A stretch of DNA of 64,000 bases from assembly GCF_009914755.1 (NCBI RefSeq), contig NC_060927.1; one strand, 5' to 3'. The DNA comes from the human T2T-CHM13v2.0 reference genome, Homo sapiens. Positions 35,128-51,500 of the stretch are shown here, in pieces (positions within the stretch are counted from its first letter, which is position 1; every line of letters starts with the position of its first letter). The position numbers and the translations under genes were made by a program. The notes under the pieces are model-generated. The model did no database searches and was not told the origin of the DNA. It was given only the letters and a program-made list of their open reading frames with translations.

Positions 35128-37738
35128 TAAAAAACATCACTATCTCTTAGGAACATAATGTAAGCTCTATTCATCAAAGACGAACTATAATGTTTTCTTC
35201 CAGAAAGAATACAATGAAGAAAAGACTCCAAAATGATAATATCATGCCTCTAAAATTTAGTTAAGAATCTCACTATTTTACAGCAAAAGTTGTAATGATT
35301 ATACAAGCTTTGATATTGATGGTTGTGTTTCTTCCAAAGCAGAGAATTATTAGTCAATTATAACTTTCTCAAGGTTTTGGCAAAGAAAAATATTTTTACC
35401 TCAAGGGCGTATGTTCAGCACAGTGAAAAATGTGTTTTAGTAAACACCAATGATTACTTTTAAAAGAGTTTGGTTTTCTTAGTGTCATTCAAATGAAAAT
35501 TTAAAAAGAAAACCCTATTTTCTTAGATTGCTCTGTCTGAATTCATGTGTCTTTGTTCTTGAGGCTGTATTTCTCATTTATTTTAACAACTCTATGTGGA
35601 ATTGAATAGGTGTGAATTCTGAGCAAAACTATTCAAAGCTTCCATTATCATTTCACAAGTGTCACAAATAATTATAAGTTGTTCTTTCATTTTTAAAGGA
35701 GAAGTTTGGCAATGTACTAAAGGAAGCATTATCTTCAAAGATTGCTGCCAAAACTTGTTCTTTGATGACTCTCATATTTGAGAGTATTGACAACATATCA
35801 CTGGAAAATATGATAACTAAGGATACATTTTCCCCAAACCTCCTATATTGTTTTATGCATGTGAATGTAAAAATTCCCACTACAGATTGTTCCCAGAAAT
35901 ATAGTGTTAGACTGAATTATAACAAATGACATTTTCACAATCATGAGCCTGAATGAGACTTAATGTCTTCTGATGTCTTTAGTGATATTGGTTTCCTGCC
36001 ACCAACATCTCCCAAACCAACTTCTGGCTTGGGGTTTGGAAGAGATCCTAATTGCTATATTGAGGTTTAGTTCTATCATATTGGGCTTAAATACATGACC
36101 ATAAAGTTTTAGTGGCATTTTAGAAATTAACACAATTTTTAGAGGTATAACAAATCTGAGGAAATTTTACCTTTAATCGCATTTACCAGAACTCATTCTA
36201 ATTCTGGCTTCAATTTGCTGTTTCCTTACAAATCAGCAAAATAAAATACATCCACTTAAAGGAAAATGTACCAATTTTCCACATTCATCTTCAGTAGTAG
36301 AGACAGAAGCCAACAGCTCTGCGAGAAGACTACAGTCCTCCTTCTATCTGCCACATTTTCCTTGTATTTTTACTCTCCACACTTGGATGACTACATCAGT
36401 CTTCTGTTGGCTCAAATTTTAACACCTCCTTATGTGTGCTCACTCTCAGCTTATAGTCTTATTTTCTTTCATTTAGAAGAACAAGGCCATCAGAAGTTTT
36501 TTACATGCTCCCATTTCCATTTCTGCAACCTGCCTACATTTGAACCCTTATATGTACACTTCCATTCCCATTGTCATTAAAGGAACTGCCTTCCCTCCCA
36601 TTGCCATAGATGAACTGCCTTAACTCCTCTATAAGCCAAATCTCCCACCGATGTTCTGGTTCCCTTCCCCTCTCATTTCCTTAAGGATGTAGCTTCAGCA
36701 ATGCTCTCCTTTCTTCTGCCATAAATTTCACTCCCCACTAAATTATCCACATCAATATAGAAATGTGATGTTTTATCTTCCAAGAGAAACGACTTCCTAA
36801 AAGCATATAGGATATTGCTGTTTACTAGAATATAGCATATCTCTGTCTACTTTATCTCTTCTCTTCCTCACCAATCAAGCTTTTGTTTCTACTACACTGA
36901 AACAGCTCTGGTGAAGGGCATCAACAATCAATTTTCAGTTCTCATCTTAACCTATAAACAGAATTTGTCATAGTTGATATTTTCTCAAATGCCTTCTTCA
37001 CCTATCTTCTAGGTCTCCCTCTTCCTTGGTTCTCCTCTCATCACATTAGCTGCCTTATCTCAGTCTCTTGCTGTTTTCTTCCATCTTATATATTTTTAAT
37101 GTTGGAGTACTCAGGTTCAAGTCCTGGGATAGTATTTCTTTTTCTATCTATACACTTATTAAAATATCTCAGCTACTCTCAAAGCTACAATATTATCTAT
37201 ATTCAGAGGATCTCCATATTGTACCTTATGTCTAGATCTCTCAGAAAACTTTGGAATGTTTTGTCCAGCTGCTTACTCCCCATCTACAGTTGGATGTTTA
37301 ATGGGTATTTCAAATTTGCCATGTACAAACTGAATCTTGGCCTTCTCCCTTCATGAAAATTGATCTTTTAAAACCCCCAATTCAGTCCGTGGCAACCTCG
37401 TTTTTCTACTTGCAGCTAAAAATCTTAATTTTGTTACTTCTTGTTTTTATACTCCCCATCAATCTGTCATCAAACCCTGTTCACTTAACTTCAAATATAT
37501 TCAGAATCTGCAATTTTTTACGACCTCCATTGCTACTACCCTAGTGCAAAGCTACCATCATTCCTCCCCTGAGTTTTTACAGCACTCTTAACTTGTCACT
37601 TGCTTCCAGCCTTGAACCTCCACAGCTTATTCTTAACCTAAGCAACATCATATTTCTTCTCTGGTCAAAACCCTAGAAGAGTTTCCCATCTCACATGTAC
37701 CATTCAGGGTTCTCCAGAACATTGAACCAGTAGGAGAT

Positions 37739-37790
<52 letters not shown>
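37739..37790 (+). repeat. Perfect (GATA)13 STR
   Basis: Direct count. Confidence 0.95.
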
Positions 37791-37793
<3 letters not shown>

Positions 37794-37983
37794 CAGAGAG
37801 AGAGACTTTAAGGAATTGGCTCATGTGATTATGGGGGCTGGTAAGTCTGAAATCTAAAGGACACTCTGGTGCACTAGAAATCAGGCAAGAGTCAATGTTG
37901 TAGTTTTAAGGCAGAATTTCTTCACCTCCAGGAAATCTCAGTTTTTGCTCTTAAGGCCTTTTCATCCTGGAGACCCACCATAT

Positions 37984-38722
37984 TGAAACAGACAGGAAAC
38001 AGGGAAATACTGGGTAAAAGAGGGCAGTTCCCCAGCAAATGCCCTGACCCTAAGCCTGGAAGCCCACAGCCCTAAATGGGAACAAGCATTCCTGTTTTCA
38101 TGACTGAATGTTGCCTTTTGGCCCACCACACTTCCCTATCCTGTACCCATATAAACCCCAAACTCCAGGGTCCATGAGCAGACGAGCAGATGAACAGATG
38201 TACAGAAGAGCAGAGAGGCAGAGAAGCAGCTCAGCAGAGAAGGAGAGAAGAGAAGAGTCTGAACGTCGAGAGGAGTTCAGCTGGAGACAGTCAGAGAGGA
38301 GGTCAGCTGTGGAACAGCCAAACTCCAGAGGAAGATCATCTTCCCACTCCATCCCCTTTCCAGTTCCCCACCCGTCCCATTAAGAGCCAACTCCATCATC
38401 CAATAAAATCCCCATATTCACTATCCTTCAAGTCCATGTGTGATACCAAGAGGGCACTGGTTGACACTTAAGCCATCTGTGGATGGCAGAGATGAAAGAA
38501 CATGGTAGCACACCTACTGGGGCTTTGAGAGTCGCATACCCACATCCCTAGATGCCACCATAGGGCTGGACCCCAGACACATTTTCCCTGGCTCCTGCAC
38601 CTGCCCATTTGCATGCTCCCCCTCCTGTAAGGGGTTTGAGCAGTGGTGGCCAAACAGATGAGCAACACTTCTGTCACACATCCTGAGAGGGGAGTCAGGG
38701 AGCAGAGAACTCTCCTGTTTCA
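37984..38722 (+). mobile_element. LTR1-family ERV1 solo LTR
   Basis: TGAAACAGACAGGAAACAGGGAAATACTGGGTAAAAGAGGGCAG ... GAACTCTCCTGTTTCA; terminal inverted TGAAACAG/CTGTTTCA. Confidence 0.75.
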
Positions 38723-40064
38723 GTATGATCAAGGATAATCTCCTGTACTTAAAGTCAGCTGATTGTAGATGTTAGTCACACCTAGAATAACTCCCCAATA
38801 GCACCTAGATTAGTGTTTCATTAAATAATTAGGTACTATAGCCTGCTCAAATTGACACACAAAACAAAGCATCACATCAAACAAAGCCCCAAATTTCCTT
38901 AAAATTGCCTATAAAGTTCCATATAATCTAGCTCTGTGTTATCTCTGTCTCCATCTCTTGTCATTCTTCTTCATATTCACTCTGGTCCAGTCACACTGTT
39001 CTCCCTGCAATTGCTCAAATTTACCAAGTAGGTTTTTTTCTTTAGAAACTTTTGTTTTTCTCTCTGAAATATATATCCCCTAAAGGCCTCAACTTGCTCA
39101 TATTTTGCTCAAAATCTCCCTTCTTCCCTTTACAACTTTATCACCCTTCATAACACTCATCACAATCTGACATGTAACATATTTTCACGCTTCTGTGTTC
39201 ATTGTCTATCTCTTTCCACTAGGATCTAAGCTTTAGGAGGGCAGGGATCTTTGTCTATTATGCTCACAGGGAACAGTGTCTGAAACATAATGATCTGCTC
39301 AATTAATGCATGTTTTTAAAGATATCACAAAGATTTCTATGCTTACACTGAAGTATTTCCAGTAAGTGTAGTCTAAGGGCATTGGATTGTAGATTTTAAA
39401 GCCTGAGATCTAATGGCAGCTCTGCCACTCACCTTACCTCCTCTTTGGCAAGTCACTTAACTACGTCAGTGTACAGAGTTCTCCAACTGTGGAACAAGCA
39501 TACCGAATGAGGTTCTCATCAATTTAAAAATCCCATCTTGTTCCTTTTCTCTATATCTTACTTTATTTAAATAGGACCTCACATTATACTACAAATGATA
39601 TTACAGTGACATTGTAAACATATACAAGTTATAATACAGGGATATTACAGGTCAACAGGTTGAAAAGCCTACACATTACCTAACTATTAAAAAGTATAGT
39701 ATAAACTATTACCTCCTAATTGAGGAGGTATAAATGAAAACCAACATGGTGCTTGTTTTATTTATGCCAACAAATTAAGAATGTCTTTTCAGATGTTACC
39801 CAACCTCATTCCAATGTTATAAACACATGTCCATATATTACTTATAATGCCTTGCACACCTGGAGGGCCAACTATGGATTTCAGAAGCTGAAAGGTCCAT
39901 CTCTTCATAAAGACTCCACTTTTTCTTCCTCCATACTTGAGAACACTCTGTTCTCTGTGAAATGTAATGTAAAAAATGTTGTCATTCTGGTTTAGAGTTC
40001 TAAAATGGGGTCAAGAAACCATTCCAGGGAGACCACCTGCATGATCTGCAACCTTGTAAAGCAG

Positions 40065-40374
40065 TGTTGTAGGAAGAAACCAGTTCTTGTCACATGACCA
40101 GGAAAGATTAGGCTCACAGACACATAGAAGGGTGAGGAGTGGAATTTATCAAGTGAAAAGGAAGAAGGAAATACAACTCAGCAAAGTGAGATGGAGTCCT
40201 GCTAACAGGCTCTCCACCTCAATGGATTAAATCCCAAGTTACTATCCAGGAACAGGAGAGGCCAGGCTCCTCCCCACTGCAAACGTCAGGAATTTCCTGA
40301 GGCTCTACCCCATCCTTACAGTGTGCAGGCTAGTTGGCGATTCTCTGGGGACCCCTTTTTACTTGGTTGTCTCA
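40065..40374 (-). mobile_element. ERV1 solo LTR (MER51-like) nested in another LTR (~39995-40691)
   Basis: TG..CA termini with 4-bp TSD GCAG (40061-64 and 40375-78). Confidence 0.7.
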
Positions 40375-41769
40375 GCAGGAGCTTGTCTTAAACCTTTGAA
40401 GTGGGCCAAACTGCCATGACCACAACATCCTGGAAAACGGCTGACTTTTGCCACTGCTGCAACTCCTGAGCAGTGACAACCAATGAACTATGGAGTCAGG
40501 TATTATTTTGATAATTCTTTCAAAATAACTTATGTGATCACTTTTAGCATTCTGTTAAAAGTTCCCATTCTCCTTCCTTTCTTTGGGACACAACTTGCCT
40601 TCTAGTTGCATCTGGTCTCCTGAATTGCAATTCCTAAGACCCCAGTAAACACCCTGTCTTATTGCTTTGCACTCTGGTCTCCTTGGCAACATCTCCTTGA
40701 TGTCTATATAATCTTTTTTCATAGTTTATTTTCCCCTCTTCATGGTTCCTGAATGCTTATTATCTTTATGAAGTAAAGCAGCAATTGCACCTTGTTTGAT
40801 GGTACCCCAAAGCCCTGTGAATCCAATCTACAGGGCTCTTTAGGTTTTCCTACTTTTCTTTACGGGAAGTAATGACTAGGGTCACTAATTGGCACTTTCA
40901 GCAGTCTTCAGTGACCCACTTTCTATTTCTTCTCTCTTTCACTTCAAGACAGAAGTGTGAGTATTCATTGTCCATAAGACTTTAAATCCATGTAGTCAAT
41001 ACTTTACAACCCTTAACCACAATCAATATTAGAGACTTGTACAACACTGCAGTGCATTTTCTCTTGCCCAGAAGCTTTCATTTCCTATGAGAGAGAGAAA
41101 ATGATGAATCCTGTATAATCAATATTTCAGATGTTGAGTTTCTCTAAACCTTTCAGCTCTAGGAAAGGAACCAAGTCAGTTATAACCATCATATAAATTT
41201 TTACAGGGTTTTGCTTTCTCTGGCTTAATAATAAATTAAATTTCTAAAATATCTAGGATGAAAAGGCTCATAGCTAAAATTCAAAAGTTCAGCTTTGTTC
41301 TGACTGCAATCATAGGCACAAGTAAATTAGTGCTAATGCAGAAGAAATGCATGGAGACCAATTAGACGGAAAAATCTAAGAAAGAACATAGCCACAAAAG
41401 ACTTTAATTGAAGTTAATCTCACAGTAGAGAAAATGGTTACGTGGCAAGGCAAATTGAAATACTCATTAAAAATGCAACTGTGCTTGACAAGGGAATCTT
41501 GGCCTTTCTGGAAATTTAGACCAGTCCTTTGAACTCTGACCACTATATCTCCATAATACCACAAAAAACAAACAAAAAAAAAAAAAGAAAGAAAAAATTG
41601 CCTCTTTTAAGATTGAAAACATACATTGTTAATTCTAGGTTCCCAATTTTACCCTTTGAACTTACATAGAATTAGTCAAACTAAGGCTCTAGAGAAACAG
41701 TTTTCAATGTTGAAAACTAATTCAACGTTGTTTCTAGTGCTTCAAATCCCTGAACGCTTTTGCAAAATA

Positions 41770-42000
41770 TAGGCCATATTTGGATGCCTGCTAAGGTCAA
41801 GCCCCCATGCTAGATGCATTACATATGTTATCTCAATTAAACATCACAGAAAAACTGCAGGTAGGCGTTATGATTCACATTTCATGGATTAGAAAACTAA
41901 GGTTCAGAAAGGTTAAGACAATTTACACAAGGCTATGCAGCTAGCGTGAGAAAACTCAAATGCAGTTTTGATCTATCAGATTCCACAGTTAATGTTCTTT
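41770..42000 (-). mobile_element. MIR
   Basis: ATTTTCATGGATTAGAAAACTAAGGTTCAGAAAGGTTAAG core. Confidence 0.75.
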
Positions 42001-42004
42001 CTCT

Positions 42005-43313
42005 TCATTATTTATTTATAAGTTTTATGTATACATAATAGTTGTACATATAATGGGGTGCATGTGATATTTTGATACAAGTATACAATGTATAATGATC
42101 AAATCTGGCTAATTGGGTTATCCATCACCTCAAAAACCTACCATTTCTTTATGTTGGGAGCATTCCAAATCTTTGTTACCGAAATGAACTGACATCCACT
42201 TGCCTGGTGCAGTAAAGCCAAACATCCAACACCAAAGTTTTGCAGTAGGAAAAAGGAAAGTATTTATTTTCAGGGTGTCAAGCAAGGAGAATCAGACAGG
42301 TCATGCTTAAGACTTGACCTCCCTGATGGCTTACATGTAAGGACTTCTAAAGGCAGGGAGGCAGAGGTTACAGGCAAAGTCATAAATCAATACCTGGAGG
42401 CTATACATTGGATTGTCCTAAAAAGGCAGGATATCTTGAAGTGGGGGTGTTCGGGTCACAGGTAGATTCAAAGACTTTCTGATTTGCAATTGATTAAGGG
42501 AGAAAAGCTTTGTTTAAAAATTTTGGGTCAGCAGAAAGAAATGTTAGGTCTGGCCTGTGGGTATGACTTCCTCTAGGCCCCTAAGGAAGAAATTTAAAAC
42601 GAAGAACAGTGGTCGAGACTCTAGTCCTTACTTCCCTCTTATCTGAGGTCTACATGACAGTGGATCCATCTGGTGGGGTCTGGGTTTCTGAGAGACAACT
42701 CAGAGACATATATTAAGATGTTATCTTTAGTTTCCATAGGGAATCAAATATTTAGTGACTCTAATTTCTGTGGCTATTGTTTCTTAAAACAAAACAACAG
42801 CTACTATTACCTTCTTATCAGGTTGATCATTTACTTCTCAAGGCTATCTAGGTGCCTGAAATTTCCCTTGAAGACACTCAATATTTTCCTTTATTCTTAT
42901 ACTTCAGTAGGGGCAGCAGCAGGCCCCTATGAGGGGTCCTTGCCCCATCTCATCTTTGCTTCTAGATATTTCAAAATATACAATAAATTAATTAACTATA
43001 ATTGCCCAATTGTGCTACCAAAGACTAGATCTTATTCTTCCTATCTAATTGTATTTTTGTACTCATTAACCAATCCCAAAATGTCCATCAATGGATGAAT
43101 GGATAGAGAAAATGTGGTACGCATACACAACAAAATATTATTTAGCCATAAAAAAGGAGGTAATCCTGTCATTTGCAGCAACATGGATAGAACTGGAGGA
43201 CATTATGTTAGGTGATCTGTCAGGCACGGAAAGACAATATCACATGTTCTCACTCATATGTGGGAGCTAAAAAACAATTGATCTCGTGGAGGTAGTAAAT
43301 AGAATGGTAGTTG
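42005..43313 (-). mobile_element. L1MA 3' end with 5' inversion, interrupted by an LTR
   Basis: Minus-strand 3' end (TACATAATAGTTGTACAT..) and plus-strand segment 43072-43313; decayed TSD ATGT(T/C)CTTTCT. Confidence 0.75.
42174..42952 (-). mobile_element. ERV1 (MER4-group) solo LTR
   Basis: TGTTACCGAA...CATCTCA with 4-bp TSD TCTT; cleanly splits the L1MA. Confidence 0.75.
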
Positions 43314-44216
43314 ATGTCCTTTCTACTGAGCAGCATAAAAACGAGTCACAATTGAGACTGAGTTAGAGGAAGCATTTTTTATTTATTTTTTAACTTCAGA
43401 GACTTGGGAATCAATCAGCTAGGATTGCACCTGATAAAACAGTCTCTGGACTGCTTTCCCAGATCACAAGGAAGCAGGGCCTAGGACCCCAGCAGAAGAG
43501 CCCAGCAAGATGGTCAAAGGAAAACTTCCTAGGCCTAGATGTTCAGGGACAAGATTGGTGAGGAAGAAGTGAATCATTAACAGTGACCATTTGATCACTA
43601 AAATAAGTGTCATTTGCTGCATGGATGTGTGTTTCGATATTTTGCATCCAGTTTATTGATAATGTAATAAGGAAACTAAAACGTGCATAGTACTTCAGAG
43701 TTCACATCGTGTTTTGTGACTGACTACCTCTCAATATACCCACAACAATCCTGGAGTCATGTATGACATACTTTTAGAATCTTTAAAGAATATGACATAC
43801 TTTGTAGAATCACTATCAATTTTGGGCAGCCTACTGTATACTAACTACTCTACCAGGAGTTCATACATTACCAAATTATATACTCATAACACCCTTTAGT
43901 CAGGAAGAAACTTAGGTACGATTTTACTGTCCCCCAAATCAAGAAGCTAGTAAGATAAAATCAAAGCAAAAATAAGTAAGTAAGTAAATAAATAAATAAA
44001 TAGGGGGGAGAAACAGTGGCTTCATTTTAATTTAAAAAAGAAAAGTGATTTGCTATATGAAGGCAACTCAGTATACTCTCCCAGCACCACCCCATTTCAG
44101 TCACCTTGCTGGCCTTAAGAATCTTCTGCATAGAATTTCTGGGCTCCCACTGAGCAGAAAAGGCTTAAATTGAAGCCTGATTCCACATCTAGAATTAAAA
44201 TTAAATCAATTGCATT

Positions 44217-44686
44217 TGTATTAGTTTCATATATTACTACAACATATTACCCAAAATAATACAAATGTATTATCTTCCCTTTCTGGAAGTCAGAAGTTTG
44301 AAACAGGGCTTACTAGGTATAAAATCAAGGTGTTGACAGGGCTGCATTCCTTTTGGGGGCTCTGGAGGAGAATCAGTTTCTTTTTACTTTTTCGTTTCTA
44401 GAGGCTGCCTACATTCCTTGGCTCCCGGGTCCTTCCCACATTTTCAAAGGCATCAGAGTAGCATCATTGAATCCCTCTCTGACTGTGACCTCCTCTTGTG
44501 CTGGTATTTTCTTCTTGTAAGGATTCTTGTGTTTACATTAGGCCCACCCATAGATAATCTTCCCATCTAAAGGTCATCAATTTAACAACAGCTGTAAAGT
44601 CTCTTTTCCCAAGTAACCTAGCATATTCACTGGTACCAGGGATTAGATATAAACATCTTTAGGGGGCTATTAGTACGCCTTCCACA
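44217..44686 (-). mobile_element. MLT1C-type MaLR LTR
   Basis: TGTATTAGTTTC..AAAATCAAGGTGTTGACAGGGCTGCATTCC..CTAGAGGCTGCCTACATTCCTTGGCTC. Confidence 0.8.
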
Positions 44687-45070
44687 GCACATTTGTCTGA
44701 AATTCACATTTGCTGATCTGGAAACAGACTTTTAAAAGTTTATAATAAAGGATGTGATTGCCTTTTAATATGAAAGATGATAAAAAATACTTTTGATTAT
44801 AACTTAACAAAGTTCTTAATATTATTTCCAAGGAGCAAAATTTTTTAAGTTGACATCTAAGAAAGGGTCCACATTTGGGCTACATAATAAAATAAACCAA
44901 AACAACAGTTGATGAGTGGAGAAACAAACTACCGTAGCAAAAATAAATGCCATAAAATTTAAGGCACAAAGAGATGAAAGATGTATGTCATAGACCCATC
45001 AGCTTCAATGCTAGGCTTTTCCATCTTCTAGCTAGGTGACTATAGCTAACTTACTTAAGAAATCTGTGCC

Positions 45071-45398
45071 GCTGGAAACCATCATTCTGAGCAAACTATC
45101 GCAAGCACAGGAAACCAAACACCGTATGTTCTCACTCATAGGTGGGAACTGAACAATCAGAACACTTGGACACAGGGTGGGGAACATCACACACTGGGGC
45201 CTGTCGTGGGGTCGGAGGCTGGGGGAGGGATAGCATTAGGAGAAATACCTAATGTAAATGACGAGTTAATGGGTGCAGCACACCAACATGGCACATGTAT
45301 ACCTATGTAACAAACCTGCACGTTGTGCACATGTACCCTAGAACTTAAAGTATAATAATAATAATAATAATAAAAGAGTACATGAAAAAAAGAACAAA
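45071..45398 (+). mobile_element. 5'-truncated L1PA 3' end inserted in a MIR
   Basis: L1PA 3'UTR; perfect 14-bp TSD AAGAAATCTGTGCC (45057-70 and 45399-412). Confidence 0.95.
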
Positions 45399-45502
45399 AA
45401 GAAATCTGTGCCTATTTCTACGTTTCATATGTAAAATTGAGACTGTTTTAATATCACAGCTGTTTTACGGTTGTTGTGAGGATTAGAGATCATACCACTT
45501 CC

Positions 45503-45860
<358 letters not shown>

Positions 45861-47794
45861 TTACTTGGTAAAAGGTAATTATTTAATTTTCACTTCTTTT
45901 AGTTCTGTTATTACTACACAAGAAACTCCCCATGCAAGGATGTTTTCCATTACATGGTTAAATGTATAACAGTTCTATTCCTAAATGAAATTTGGCTTCA
46001 GGAGAGTTTCTGCAGGGCTAGAACTCTTTTCATAATAATACTTTACAAAACTGCCTGATGAACTGCCCAGTAACAAATTAAAGAAATGGTCGAGTTTTGA
46101 CAATTAAATTACACAAAGCTCCAAATGCCGTTATCACAAAACTAAAAATAGACAACACTGAAATGCTAATTCAGCTGAAGACACACTGATAGCAAGATAT
46201 ACTGTCTGCAAGCTATAACAGGACATAAATAATCTCCTGACTTGAGTTAGACGTCAATTTAATAAATAAAGAAGTATATAGATCTTACAATGTAAATATA
46301 ATTACTGACCCCTTTTTCCAGTTCTGTGAGGTCATTAAGTAATTCTTGACATGACCATCCCACGTCAGCATTAAAATGAAAAGGTTTCTGACCTAGCTGA
46401 TCATACACAAATTACTTCAAACCTCAATTTAACTAGGATACACAGACCATAAGTTTTACAAAATATTATGCTAAATATCTAGCAGGTAATACATTCCCTA
46501 TAAAAATATAAATAAAGGCAACATAAAATATTATTTTATAAATTAAAAAGAAAAATATTTAGAGTTGTTGATAGGAAATACTATTATTTTGGTCATCAAA
46601 ATACCTAATGCTGTATTTCTGGACTAACAATTCAACAAAACAAACATGTTTCTGGTAGAAAATCTATCAAACATCAAAGAAGGAGATTTTATCAGTAAAA
46701 CAAGAGGAAAAGCTTCTTGGTGTAATACCTGTGGCATATATTAAAATGTGCATATTTTGTTCCACAATCTATGACAAATCCCACCTGTAAAGTTTATAGC
46801 TTCTTTAACTAGATATGAAAACTGCAAACTCCACCCACAGGCTTCCATATTCATAAACAAAATAGATCAAAGCAATAATGATTTGTTCTTTTATAACATT
46901 GTTTCCTATGAGGAAATTACTTTATGGTTTCCTGTCTTATTCTTTTGAAATTTCAATGAAAATCTGAAAACTTTTATTGCCATTTAAATTTCAAATTACA
47001 ACTAGCACATAAGATAGTGCCAGCCAAGGCAAAGAAATGCCACCACTGCTAAAGACCCAGAGAGTCAGTATATGTTGCCAAAGGCCCTCCTGATTTCATC
47101 AGTGTGATTTCATCAGAGTCCTGGGATGAAGAATCAGAGAAAAGTTTATATTCCTATGGCTGCTAGAACACTGGGATTTTAATATAATCAAAGAATTAGG
47201 TCTTGAAGGATTTAGGATGGAAGTCTTTGGCTATCTACAACTCTAAGATTTTGAAGTTGGGAAAACTATTGAAATAAGAAGAATGTAAAATGACAAGGGC
47301 CTTGATGTGAGGCCTTTGCTGCACGATATGGTGTTAAATGAAGCGAACCAATTTCCACTTTGTAGTTTCGACAGAATATCCAGAGGGCTTTTTGAAAGTA
47401 AAACAAAATGAAAGGAACAAAGGCTGAGAGATCATTTTATCAAGGGGCCCTTGGTTTACACGGTAGTTCAGTTTGGGCAAGTCAATATCAGAAAACTCAA
47501 GAAATACCAAAGAACTTCTCCTCCTCAGAATCTCATTTCATCTTTCACACAAGAGCATACTTTAATGTGCATTTCATCATTTTTCTGAAGTTAGACTTCT
47601 CTTATTTTTCCATTCAAGAGAAAATATGACTGAGTCCATTTTGGACTATGGGAGCTTTAATATGCTACTTCAGTACACAGAAATAGTGTTTTGCATATAC
47701 CAGGTTTGCTGAAAAATTGGATTAATTACTTTGTCAAAAAATATTTTCTGAGTATCTTTAATGATTATAATATATTGTGATATAAGCTAAGTTC

Positions 47795-48149
<355 letters not shown>

Positions 48150-49599
48150 TCATGGAAATTATGGCCTACAGAGACAAACGATAAATGACTAATTATTCAT
48201 TTCAAACGTGATAAGCAATATGAAGTAGAATAGGCTATGATGAGAACTATTAATAGATTTGATTAAGTAGGGCCTCAGATAATGATTCCTAGAGAATAGA
48301 TACATAAGCTGATTTTGAAGGATGAGCAAGATATTAGGGCAGAGGGCTTGAAGCTGCAATGAGGAGAAAGAGGACTATGGCGGCTGAGCTAACAGGGCCC
48401 AGATTGGATTGAAGTATTGCAAGTTTGAGAACTGAGAGAACAGCAAAATGAGCAGAACCAAGAGTGAGGGGGTAATAGCATGATATAAGGTAGAGGGAGA
48501 AGCAGGAAGACATGCTAGGCCGAGAGGCCATATCAAATGTTTTACTTCTATCCTAAAAACAATGACAAATCATTAAAATATATTGAATAATATACAATCA
48601 AACTTATGTTTTTAATAGATAATTTTGGCTGCAATGTGAAAATGAGTCCATTATTTTTAATGAAGCATTTATTTTTCAAAAACTCATAGCATTTCCCCAC
48701 ACTACATGGCAATAGAAGATCAAAAGGAAAATGAGTGCAAAAGGTCAATGAAAAATAAATATACCCTAAATAAATCTGAATTCAGATGCAACTATGTGAT
48801 TTGATGGAATATTGTAAATACAAGTGTCGGACTCAAACTAGGATCTCTGTCAGTAGAGTACAAACTCTGAGGCTGCATTCTTCTTTACTGTCTGTCCACT
48901 AATTTATCCCCAGCACATAGAACTGGGTATGACGATAAGAAATCTTCAATAAATACTAACTCAATGAATGAACAAACCATCAAATAAAAATTTGTTTCCA
49001 ATCACCTTACATTAGTAATGATTATATTCCCCATACTTCCCCTGATAATTTCCACCAATATCTTTTTATAGTCTTCTTCTTCCACCACTCCTGCAAACTT
49101 AAGCCAAAGGAAGGCAGTGGAGCTCAGTAAGAAGATGAGCATGGTGCAAAGTGGCATCAAATAACAATGAATTCACAGTCTGAAGGAAAAAATTCTAAGG
49201 AAGTATAAGATACAAAGAGAATGAATTAGTTTAGGCCATTACATCCTTATCTAAAGAGGTTCAAGCCCCACTAGGGCGTGGTAATATATAGCCACTGATG
49301 ACACCCTGTTTTCAAGTGTCCATGTTGAAATTATTGTGTTAAACGTGATCAGATGAGGGAGTATGCAGTTCAATGACGAGTCCACTATTGCAAAATATCA
49401 AAGGCATCTTACACGTGCACAGTCAACATCATTATCCTCTAATGGAAAGCAGATGGGAAAGTAAAGTGTGAGATATCATTAGGCTGATGGTTGAACAGTT
49501 CTGCACCTCCCACTCTTCCTCTGCAGCAGCACTGAACACTTCCTGTGTATTCAATGTTCAGTCAGCCAGGAAAGATAGAACCTCATGCATCCATTGCCT

Positions 49600-49606
<7 letters not shown>

Positions 49607-49661
<55 letters not shown>
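49607..49661 (+). repeat. (CA)n microsatellite
   Basis: Directly visible. Confidence 0.95.
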
Positions 49662-50162
49662 CTTAGACACACGCATCTGCCTTAGGTGGAAAAAATCTGT
49701 GTGAGAGTGTACATTAGAGAGCAGGCAGAACCCACTGGCTGGTGATCTCTGAAACTTAAGAGCCATGCTTGGGCCCAAAGACCAATCTCCAAGTCACTTC
49801 ATACGCCAAATTCTATAAAAAGACAAACTGTTATTCAAGAGTGAAACTAACATAAGGACATTTTAGATCTATGAGGACTCACAGTATTTGCCCTGGAGAG
49901 ATGTATACAAAAGAGTTACTGGAGAAGGTGCCTCAGCAAGTAGTGAAATGAAGCCAGGAGGAAGTAATAAAATGCAGAAAGTAATGCTAAGTTATTTACT
50001 CAATATTATTGGAAAGTTTTAATAGGTATTGATTATTAAAGTACACGTACAATAGAAAACTAATTTAAGGATATTATCAATATACAAATTCTGCCCATGA
50101 ATTAATTCTATGTTTATATGCTTGCACATTATGTAGGGGAAGATGAGAGTTGCCCAAGGTAG

Positions 50163-51500
<1,338 letters not shown>

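Larger units (their letters stand above)
37696..38876 (-). mobile_element. MLT2B-type ERVL LTR split by LTR1
   Basis: CAGGGTTCTCCAGAA..GAACCAGTAGGAGA; AAGGAATTGGCTCATGTGATTATGGGGGCTG; ..AAATTGACACAC..CATCACA. Confidence 0.8.
36440..39320 (+). mobile_element. L2 interrupted by MLT2 and LTR1
   Basis: Pyrimidine-rich L2 text (CTGAAACAGCTCTGGTGAAGG; TTCAAATATATTCAGAATCTG; 3' end GAGGGCAGGGATCTTTGTC). Confidence 0.7.
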
